Shown here one piece after another: positions 22,207 to 29,234 of a DNA stretch of 29,234 bases. The stretch lies in IMG/VR virus record IMGVR_UViG_3300028284_000023, positions 1 to 29,234 of that record; one strand, 5' to 3'. Made by a program: the position numbers and the translations under genes. How positions within the stretch are numbered: the stretch's first letter is position 1; every line of letters begins with the position of its first letter. The stretch is from a virus. The notes under the pieces were generated by a model. The model worked only from the letters and a program-made list of their open reading frames with translations, made no database searches and had not been told where the DNA came from.

Positions 22207-24852
22207 ATGCAGATAATAGACTTATATATTAGAGAGGGTAAAAAACACACTAGCGAGGGGAATTTTCCTACAAATACTAGTCTTGTAGATACTTCAACAG
22301 ATTTTACAACAGGTAATTTTAGAGTAGGTCAATTAATTAAAAACTTAAACTCTGGCACTATTGGTTCTATAACTGCAATTGCACCCGGCGGAAACGCTAA
22401 CGCCTTAGATATTGACGGTGGAGCTTTCCCAAACCTAGCTGGACAACCTTACCAAATTTACGATGATTATACAAAGCTAGAATTATTTAAAGATGAGAGC
22501 GTATCAATTACAGATACTATCCAGAATGTAAAAGACCCAGCTAAAATATTTGCACCGTTTAGCCAACAGTTTAGCGTCCCAGCATCTAAGCATAATAATA
22601 AATTTTTTAGACATTATCACAATAGTGAAATAGCAAATAGTTTTGATGCTAGATTTCAAGGGGACGGACTTATTCAATTAAATGGCGTAACATATAAAGT
22701 AGGTAAGTTGCGTTTAAATTCGGTTGAGTTAAAAAACAATGTAGCTTATTCTTATAAATTAGTATTCACAGGAGAAACGATAGAGTTTAAAGAAATACTT
22801 GCTGAAAATGAATTAAGCTCTTTAATATATCCAGAAGCGTTAAATTTTAATTATACAAACGATTTTGTTAAAAGTAAATTACAAGGAAGTGCAGAGGGTG
22901 ACGATTTAATATTTCCACTTATAACGCATAGTAAAAATATGCGATATAATTATAATAACAACCCTGGGTATAGGGACGCTATAACAGGCACACACTTAAC
23001 TTTTACAGATTTAAAACCAGCCATTAAAGCTAAGATTATACTTAACGCAATACAAACTACATATCCGCAAATTGTATTTAGCCAAGAGTTTTTTAACAGT
23101 TCGGCTTTTAATAGATTGTATATGTGGCTTCATAGGGAAGAGGGTTATATGAGTAACGCTATTGAGGGCGGAGATGTTCAAACTATAAGTACTAGATTTA
23201 GGTCACCTGGACTAAATGGAGATGGCGCAAACGGAGAGGGTTATTCTTTTGTGAGTGGCGCTGAATTAAGACCAGCAGTAGTAAGCAGAGAAAATGACAT
23301 TTCAATTTCAGAAGATACTTGGTACGGTATTTTTTATAGATATAAATTTTTCTTAACCGTTAATGCTCCAGACACAACAAGTTATACGATTGAGTGTAGA
23401 AAATCTTCAAATAACAGTCTTATGTGGAGTAATGATAGGACAGGGTCTGCAAACTTTGATTGGTTGTTTCAGCTTTCAGACTTTTCAAGCTCCTCGTGGG
23501 GGAGTGCTTTAGTAGATTTTACTATAAATATAATTACAGAAAATACCTTAGGTATATCGCAAGATTTAACAGTTGAATACAATAGACGATATATAGGTAC
23601 TGGTAATAATGGGGAGTTAATTGCTACTGGAGTATATGAAAAATTAGGTGTGGCATCACAAAATATAATTTCAATTAATAGGCAAATTCCTAAAATTAAA
23701 ACATTTGATTTTCTTAAAAATATCTTTACTATGTTTAATTTGACTGCATATAAAGAGGACGGAGTTATAACGGTATTACCTTTAGATGATTATTATAATG
23801 CTGGGAAAACTTATGACATAACGGAATATGTAGATACTAGCAAGAAAACTGTATCTAAGTTATTACAGTTTAAAAATATGAGATTTAACTTCAAAAGCAA
23901 AAAATCGTATTTAGTACAATATTCAGAAGAATTACAAGGTAATATATTTTCTGAGGAGAGCTATGGGAACGATGAGTTTGACGGAAAAGATTATAAGGTT
24001 GAAGTTGATTTTGAGAAAATGATGTACGAAAGATTAACAGACGAGGACTCAAGTCAATTAACAACAATTGTTCAAGGTGCTATGTTAGATAAAAAGTTTG
24101 AGCCAACAATAGGTTCGCCTTTATTATTTTATTCTTATAGCACAGCTACAAATGATGCGCTTTTATTTCAAAACGACGACAACACTTTAACTAACATAAA
24201 CCCTTATTTAAGACCGTCTAATTCTATATCAAATATTTCAACAGGCTTTATAAGTTTACAATTAAATTTTGGTATTGAGAACGATGAATATACTTTAGCT
24301 AGTGGAAGCACAACGCAAGAAATTTCTAATGATTTATTCACAAAATATTACAGGAACTATGTAGCCAATATATTTGCTAAAAATGCCAGAAAAACAAATG
24401 TATCAGCTTACTTGCCATTGAGTATTATTTTAAAATATAGACTAAACGATATATTTATTATAGGCACAACACAATACAGAATAAATTCTATAAAGACAAA
24501 TCTACTAACAAATAAAAGCGATTTAGAACTTTATAATTTAACAGAGAATGTAAGTCAATTATTAAATGGTCAATTAGGAAACTTAGGAAGAGTTGGGAAT
24601 TTACAGACAACAAGCAAAACAAGTAGTACAATAAGCGTAGAGTGGGATGAAATAACAGAACCTAACATTTTAGGTTATGAAATTCTATTAGACGATGTAT
24701 TTTGGGATTTTAATTCTCCTGGTGATTTAACGGCTGGGATTGGTAGTTTAGAAAGTGGAACTACTTACAAAATTTCATTAAGAGCAAGATACGATATTGA
24801 CGGTGAAGAAGCCGGAGCATTTGATACAGATTTATTTGAAACAACATTATGA
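22207..24852 (+). CDS. Large tail / baseplate protein with a C-terminal fibronectin-type-III-like domain
   Basis: 881 aa. The C-terminus SSTISVEWDEITEPNILGYEILLDD...LESGTTYKISLRARY is FN3-like. Confidence 0.5.
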   Translation: MQIIDLYIREGKKHTSEGNFPTNTSLVDTSTDFTTGNFRVGQLIKNLNSGTIGSITAIAPGGNANALDIDGGAFPNLAGQPYQIYDDYTKLELFKDESVSITDTIQNVKDPAKIFAPFSQQFSVPASKHNNKFFRHYHNSEIANSFDARFQGDGLIQLNGVTYKVGKLRLNSVELKNNVAYSYKLVFTGETIEFKEILAENELSSLIYPEALNFNYTNDFVKSKLQGSAEGDDLIFPLITHSKNMRYNYNNNPGYRDAITGTHLTFTDLKPAIKAKIILNAIQTTYPQIVFSQEFFNSSAFNRLYMWLHREEGYMSNAIEGGDVQTISTRFRSPGLNGDGANGEGYSFVSGAELRPAVVSRENDISISEDTWYGIFYRYKFFLTVNAPDTTSYTIECRKSSNNSLMWSNDRTGSANFDWLFQLSDFSSSSWGSALVDFTINIITENTLGISQDLTVEYNRRYIGTGNNGELIATGVYEKLGVASQNIISINRQIPKIKTFDFLKNIFTMFNLTAYKEDGVITVLPLDDYYNAGKTYDITEYVDTSKKTVSKLLQFKNMRFNFKSKKSYLVQYSEELQGNIFSEESYGNDEFDGKDYKVEVDFEKMMYERLTDEDSSQLTTIVQGAMLDKKFEPTIGSPLLFYSYSTATNDALLFQNDDNTLTNINPYLRPSNSISNISTGFISLQLNFGIENDEYTLASGSTTQEISNDLFTKYYRNYVANIFAKNARKTNVSAYLPLSIILKYRLNDIFIIGTTQYRINSIKTNLLTNKSDLELYNLTENVSQLLNGQLGNLGRVGNLQTTSKTSSTISVEWDEITEPNILGYEILLDDVFWDFNSPGDLTAGIGSLESGTTYKISLRARYDIDGEEAGAFDTDLFETTL

Positions 24853-24989
24853 TAAAATTAATAATAGAAAGTTTAAAATACGCTAACGGAGAAACCGAAA
24901 ACTTGCGAATAGCACAAGGCAAATACAAACTACCTACAACAATTAAAGAAGGTTACAAAACTTTAAAACAAGAGTTACAATGGCAATAG
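24849..24989 (+). CDS. Small hypothetical protein (46 aa), not in the ORF track
   Basis: Hand translation: MIKLIIESLKYANGETENLRIAQGKYKLPTTIKEGYKTLKQELQWQ. It has an ATGA overlap upstream and a 10-nt overlap with the next gene. Confidence 0.45.
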   Translation: MIKLIIESLKYANGETENLRIAQGKYKLPTTIKEGYKTLKQELQWQ

Positions 24990-26863
24990 AAAAAACAGTT
25001 ATTTTAAAAGCTGATACAAAAGGAGCGGTTAAAGGTGTTAATGACTTAGAAAAAAGTATTGACGGTGTTAACAAAGAAATAAAAGAAACAGGAGCTAGTA
25101 CCGATGCGATGACTGGTCAGTTAGATAAATTTACTGGGGGTGCGGTTAGTGGTTTCAAGAATATGCTTGGCGGTGTAATCGATTTGACTTCTGGGTTTAA
25201 AAGTATGCGAGTGGCTATTATATCCACTGGTATTGGTGCATTAATAATTGGAATCGTAGCCTTAACCGCAGCGTTTAAAGGAAGCGAAGAAGGACAAAAT
25301 AAATTCAATAAAATAATGTCTGTTATTGGTGCTTTAACTGGTAACCTAGTTGATTTACTAGCAGACTTAGGAGAGGGGATTATTAATGCTTTTGAAAATC
25401 CAATAGAAACAATAAAAGAGTTTGCAAATACTATTACAACTTATGTTGATGATAAAATTAAAGGGAGTATTGATGGTATCGTTTTGTTGGGTAGTGCTAT
25501 AAATAAAGTGTTTAGCGGTGATTTTAAAGGTGCTTTAGAGGACACTAAAGAGGGTTTTAAAACCTTAGCTGATAACTCACCTTATGGAATAATAAGGGAC
25601 GGTATAACTAGTGCAACTAATTCAGTCAAAGAATTTGTTAAAGAACAAGTTAGAGAGGGAGAGGCTGCTGCTGCAGTTGCTGATATGAGAGCAAAGGCTG
25701 ATAAAATAGAACGTGATTTAATTGTTGAACGTTCAAAGTTAGAAAGCGAAATTGCATTATTGAGGTTAAAATCAAGGCAAGAAGACCAATTCTCAGCTGA
25801 AGAAAGGAAACAAGCACTGTTAGACGCTCAGAAACTTGAAGATGGATTGCTTGACAAGGAAACGCAATATTTAAAACTTAGAAGGGACGCACAAATACAG
25901 GAAAATACTTTTAGCCGAAGCAACAAGGAAAACCTAACAAAAGAAGCTGAAGCAATAGCGGCTGTTAATAGGCAAGTTTCGTCTAGAGCGAATACAGCAA
26001 GGCAAGTCCAAAGAGAGGTTAACACTATAAGTAAGCAGATTCAAGCAGAAGAAAAAGCTGGTTTAAAAGAATTATCTGATTTAAAGAAAACATTAAGGGA
26101 TGCGGAAGCGGTTTCTGAACAAGAAAAAAGAGAACTAGAGCTAATTAAAATACAAGAACACTACGATAATTTAATTGCCAAAGCTAACGAAAACAATATA
26201 AAAACTGATGAATTAGAAACAGCAAGAGATGAGGCTAAATTATTAAAACAAGAAGAATTTGACGCAAAAGATTTAGCAGCTAAAACAAAAAAACAAGAAG
26301 ATGAACAAGCGTTAAGACAAAAAACAATAAATGAGTTGTTAGCAGAAAAAGAAGCAAAGGCGGGAATACAACTGGCAACCATTGGAGTTGCAGAAAAAGG
26401 TATTGCTATTGGCAAACAATTAGCTGGTAAAAATAAAGCTGTTCAAAAAGCTCTTTTAATAGCTGAAAATGCTGCTGGTATAGCTAAAATATTAATAAAT
26501 ACAGGGGTTGCAAATGCTAAAGCAGTAGCAACTTCTCCTATAACAGGTGGGCAACCTTGGGTTGCGATTAACTCAATAAGTGCTGGATTGGGAATTGCTG
26601 GTAGTATAGCTGCAACCGCTAAAGGTTTAAGTGCTTTAGGTGGTGGAAGTGCTGGAAGCAAACCAAATATGCCCTCTGGTGGTTCTGGGGGTACAGCTCC
26701 AGCTCCCCCAAGTTTTAATGTAGTTGGTGCAAGTGAAACAAGCGTTTTAGCTGACACAGTTGCAGAGCAAACAAACGAACCAGTACAGGCTTATGTAGTG
26801 TCGAATGATATAACAACAGCACAAAGTTTAGAAAACAATATAGTTGAGGGAGCAACTTTATAA
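24980..26863 (+). CDS. Tape measure protein (putative)
   Basis: 627 aa with an N-terminal hydrophobic helix (VAIISTGIGALIIGIVALTAAF), a long charged coiled-coil centre and Gly/Ala-rich hydrophobic C-terminal segments. Confidence 0.5.
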   Translation: MAIEKTVILKADTKGAVKGVNDLEKSIDGVNKEIKETGASTDAMTGQLDKFTGGAVSGFKNMLGGVIDLTSGFKSMRVAIISTGIGALIIGIVALTAAFKGSEEGQNKFNKIMSVIGALTGNLVDLLADLGEGIINAFENPIETIKEFANTITTYVDDKIKGSIDGIVLLGSAINKVFSGDFKGALEDTKEGFKTLADNSPYGIIRDGITSATNSVKEFVKEQVREGEAAAAVADMRAKADKIERDLIVERSKLESEIALLRLKSRQEDQFSAEERKQALLDAQKLEDGLLDKETQYLKLRRDAQIQENTFSRSNKENLTKEAEAIAAVNRQVSSRANTARQVQREVNTISKQIQAEEKAGLKELSDLKKTLRDAEAVSEQEKRELELIKIQEHYDNLIAKANENNIKTDELETARDEAKLLKQEEFDAKDLAAKTKKQEDEQALRQKTINELLAEKEAKAGIQLATIGVAEKGIAIGKQLAGKNKAVQKALLIAENAAGIAKILINTGVANAKAVATSPITGGQPWVAINSISAGLGIAGSIAATAKGLSALGGGSAGSKPNMPSGGSGGTAPAPPSFNVVGASETSVLADTVAEQTNEPVQAYVVSNDITTAQSLENNIVEGATL

Positions 26864-26885
26864 AAAACAAAAATAAATAAATTTA

Positions 26886-26898
26886 ATTATATATTATT
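26886..26898 (+). promoter_or_regulatory. Conserved ATG-abutting motif ATTATATATTATT (copy 4 of 5)
   Basis: Ends exactly at ATG 26899. Confidence 0.45.
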
Positions 26899-27843
26899 AT
26901 GAGAATAGTCGAATTGATATTAGACGAAGAAAGCGAACTAGGGATAGAAGCTATAAGCGTAGTTGAAAACCCAGCTATTGAAGAAGATTTTGTAGCTTTA
27001 AAAAGCCAAGAGTTTAAACTTGCAGAAATAGATGGTGAGCGTAGAATATTAATGGGTGCTTTATTAATACCAAACAAGCCTATTTATAGACGTAACGGAG
27101 AAGATGAATACTATATATATTTCTCAAAAGATACTGTCTTAAAAGCTAGTCAAATGTATTTAATGAATAGCAAACAAAACAACTCAACACTAGAACACCA
27201 ATACGAATTGGAAGGTTTAAGTTTAGTTGAAAGTTGGATAGTTGAAGATAAGGTACACGATAAGAGCGTTAAGTTTGGAATGGATTTGCCGTTGGGTTCT
27301 TGGGTTGGTTCTGTTAAAGTAAACAACGATAAAATCTGGAATGAGTTCGTAAAAACTGGTAAAGTAAAAGGTTTTAGTATTGAGGGATATTTTGCAGATA
27401 AAATGGAACGTCCAAACGACCAAACAATAAAAGACGAACTAGCACAAATAGAAGAAGAAGAAGCTGAATACCTACTATCCGAAATAAAAGCTATTATTAA
27501 AAACGATAAGCGTGTTAAGGGTGGTAAAAAGATGGTTTTAGAAAGTTACTCAGACTATCCTAGTTCAGTAAGTAACAACGCTAAAAGAGGTTTAAAACTT
27601 AACGAAGATGTAAACAATAAATGCGCTACACAAGTCGGTAAAGTAAGGGCACAACAATTAGCACAAGGCAAACCAATCAGCAAAGAAACGATAAAAAGAA
27701 TGTATTCTTATTTGTCAAGAGCTGAAGCATATTATAAGCCAGAAGATACAGAAGCTTGTGGAACTATCTCTTTTTTATTATGGGGTGGCAAATCGGCTAA
27801 AACGTGGGCAGAAGCTAAACTTAAACAACTAGAAAATGATTAA
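26899..27843 (+). CDS. Prohead protease, XkdF-like (Peptidase_S78_2), with a conserved C-terminal domain
   Basis: The N-terminus ...GIEAISVVENPAIEEDFVALK is typical of XkdF-like proteins. It lies upstream of the scaffold and capsid genes. Confidence 0.5.
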   Translation: MRIVELILDEESELGIEAISVVENPAIEEDFVALKSQEFKLAEIDGERRILMGALLIPNKPIYRRNGEDEYYIYFSKDTVLKASQMYLMNSKQNNSTLEHQYELEGLSLVESWIVEDKVHDKSVKFGMDLPLGSWVGSVKVNNDKIWNEFVKTGKVKGFSIEGYFADKMERPNDQTIKDELAQIEEEEAEYLLSEIKAIIKNDKRVKGGKKMVLESYSDYPSSVSNNAKRGLKLNEDVNNKCATQVGKVRAQQLAQGKPISKETIKRMYSYLSRAEAYYKPEDTEACGTISFLLWGGKSAKTWAEAKLKQLEND

Positions 27844-28060
27844 GTGGTCTAAGTATTTTACACCAAGCAAAACAAGTCCTAGGAGCGGTCGTAGGGGTTG
27901 CTTATGTAGGGATAGGGACGCTTATTCTATTGAGTGTTGTAATGGTGATATTATAGCTCAAGGAATAGGAAGTACTTCAGCAACTATACAAGAAGATTTT
28001 TTAGCACAAGAAAACGGAGATTTAATACTTCAAGAAGATAACTATAATATTATACCATAA
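27836..28060 (+). CDS. Small Cys-rich hypothetical protein
   Basis: 74 aa containing RRGCLCRDRDAYSIECCNG. Confidence 0.5.
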   Translation: MIKWSKYFTPSKTSPRSGRRGCLCRDRDAYSIECCNGDIIAQGIGSTSATIQEDFLAQENGDLILQEDNYNIIP

Positions 28061-28509
28061 TGGCAAATTCAAAAATAAGTGCTTTACCAATAGCGACACC
28101 TTTACAAGGTGCTGAAAAAACAGTAGTTGTTCAGGGTGGGGTTACCAAACAAAGTACCATTGAAAACATAGTCAACTATATAGTACCTGTTACTCTAGTT
28201 GTTTCTAGTGGTCAAACAGTAAATTTACAGGATGTAGCTTATGAGAAAGCAGAGTTAATCCGAATGACGTGGGACGGTGCAAATGGTACGATGACTTTAA
28301 ACCTACCAACGGCAGCACAACACCCAAACAGAGTGATGCGATTTATTTCAAATGGTGGATTTGCGGCTGCAACTAGGGTTGAGCTAACACCAACAGGAAC
28401 GGAAACTTTAGACGGCTTAAACGCTCCTTATGTAATAAATAAATCTTATGAAGGTATCCAAGTTTGGAGCGATGGAATCGAATGGTTTATAATTCAGAAA
28501 AAAGGATAA
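28060..28509 (+). CDS. Hypothetical virion protein
   Basis: 149 aa with a TAATG overlap upstream. Confidence 0.6.
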   Translation: MANSKISALPIATPLQGAEKTVVVQGGVTKQSTIENIVNYIVPVTLVVSSGQTVNLQDVAYEKAELIRMTWDGANGTMTLNLPTAAQHPNRVMRFISNGGFAAATRVELTPTGTETLDGLNAPYVINKSYEGIQVWSDGIEWFIIQKKG

Positions 28510-28535
28510 CGAAAATACAAATTAAATTAATCTAA

Positions 28536-28548
28536 ATTATATATAAGT
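28536..28548 (+). promoter_or_regulatory. Conserved ATG-abutting motif ATTATATATAAGT (copy 5 of 5)
   Basis: Ends exactly at ATG 28549. Confidence 0.45.
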
Positions 28549-29166
28549 ATGAAATCAAACAATGTGATTGAAAAAATCAAAGACGTTCTAAACCTTAACG
28601 AGGAAGTTAAGCTAGAACAAGCTAAACTAGATAACGGCACAGTCATCGAAGCTGATTCGTTTGAAAGTGGCGTGGAAGTGTTTATCGTTACAGAAGATGA
28701 AAAAGTAGCTTTGCCTGTTGGTGACTACATTCTTGAAGATGGTAAAATATTAGTAGTAGCAGAAGAAGGCTTAATTGCTGAAATTAAAGATGCTGAAGCC
28801 GAAGAAGAAACCGAAGAAGAAGAAGTTGAGGTTGAAGCAGCGGAAGAAGAAGAAGAATCTTTAGGCTATGCTACTAAAGAAGAACTAGCAGAAGTTAAAG
28901 ATATGATTGAAGAAATCAAAGCAATGCTAGAACCAAAAGAAGATTTGAGCGAGGATTTAGGAAACCTTTTAACAGAAGAATTAGCTAAACACGAAAAAGT
29001 TGAGTTAAACGAAGTGCCTGTTGAAGTACAAGCTGAACTAAACGAGCCAAGTGCCGAGCCTATCGTATCAAATCCAGAAGTAAACAAAGCTATATCAAAA
29101 TTTAGTGTTTCTAAAAACAGAAAAAGCACAACTATTGATAGAGTAATGTCAAGACTAAATAATTAA
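28549..29166 (+). CDS. Scaffolding protein
   Basis: 205 aa, helical and very Glu-rich (EAEEETEEEEVEVEAAEEEEES), immediately upstream of the capsid gene across the circular junction. Confidence 0.6.
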   Translation: MKSNNVIEKIKDVLNLNEEVKLEQAKLDNGTVIEADSFESGVEVFIVTEDEKVALPVGDYILEDGKILVVAEEGLIAEIKDAEAEEETEEEEVEVEAAEEEEESLGYATKEELAEVKDMIEEIKAMLEPKEDLSEDLGNLLTEELAKHEKVELNEVPVEVQAELNEPSAEPIVSNPEVNKAISKFSVSKNRKSTTIDRVMSRLNN

Positions 29167-29234
29167 TAACAACTAAAACTAAATAAAATGAGTGTATCAT
29201 TAACAACAACTTATGCTGGAGAATTTAGTGGCAA
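29108..29234. repeat. Terminal overlap copy B. It is identical to 1-127, and the capsid gene restarts at 29188.
   Basis: Direct comparison with the first 127 bases. Confidence 0.95.

Noticed and set aside
28795-28860. GAA-rich tracts in the scaffold gene (and 3160-3400 in the portal gene), considered as DNA-level repeats.
   Set aside because: They are in-frame runs of Glu/Asp codons, meaning acidic protein segments, not independent nucleotide repeat elements.
310-29129. All other minus-strand track ORFs (for example 310-522, 5002-5427, 6964-7287, 9289-9561, 17771-18076, 20124-20662, 26161-26757 and 28866-29129).
   Set aside because: Each lies entirely antisense to a longer + strand gene with recognisable features. 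Their sequences are hydrophobic or low-complexity mirror images of GAA/AAA-rich codons. None has a promoter or coupling context.
1-29234. Lysogeny module (integrase, repressor, att site), tRNA genes, and a reverse transcriptase or DGR.
   Set aside because: No ORF shows tyrosine or serine recombinase, CI-like repressor or RT motifs. No cloverleaf-like sequence was seen in the few non-coding gaps. This is absence by inspection only, not by search.

Overview
The window is one complete, circularly closed genome of a tailed dsDNA phage. Bases 1-127 are identical to 29108-29234, so the unique length is 29,107 bp. The sequence is AT-rich, and every credible gene is on the + strand. Genes are tightly packed, with many ATGA or TAATG stop/start overlaps and no obvious Shine-Dalgarno sequences. 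Three intergenic regions carry Bacteroidota-type promoters (TTTG, then TAnnTTTG), so a Flavobacteriia-like host is likely. This host call is inference.

Gene modules on the circle:
- Early, recombination and replication genes (7675-15950): NinG, an SSB-like protein ending in DLPF, a RecA-like helicase, an ECF-like sigma factor, a FEN-type 5'-3' exonuclease, two tandem HNH homing endonucleases, DUF3310 and a DnaA-domain-IV-like HTH protein.
- A ParB-like protein, a TET/JBP-like dioxygenase, then TerS and TerL (15985-18818).
- Morphogenesis genes (19371-29166, continuing at 81-6498). These are a frameshifted tail assembly chaperone, neck and tail proteins, a tape-measure-like protein, an XkdF-type protease, scaffold, major capsid protein, a putative tail tube protein, a portal-MuF fusion and a lectin-like fibre.
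- Lysis genes (6498-7504): a holin missing from the ORF track, an M15 endolysin and a membrane protein.

Most notable observations:
1. A TET/JBP-family 2OG/Fe(II) dioxygenase candidate, with no DNA methyltransferase or glycosyltransferase recognisable in the genome.
2. A very acidic gene with its own promoter and terminator, sitting between TerL and the tail genes. It is an anti-restriction or DNA-mimic candidate.
3. A 13-nt motif (WTTATATATWAWKT) directly abutting the ATG of five genes, together with a phage-encoded sigma-like protein.
4. A -1 programmed frameshift at a T9 tract.
5. An unusual, permuted order of the morphogenesis genes.
6. Nine tightly coupled small ORFs that the ORF track does not list.

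I found no integrase, repressor, tRNA or CRISPR array.
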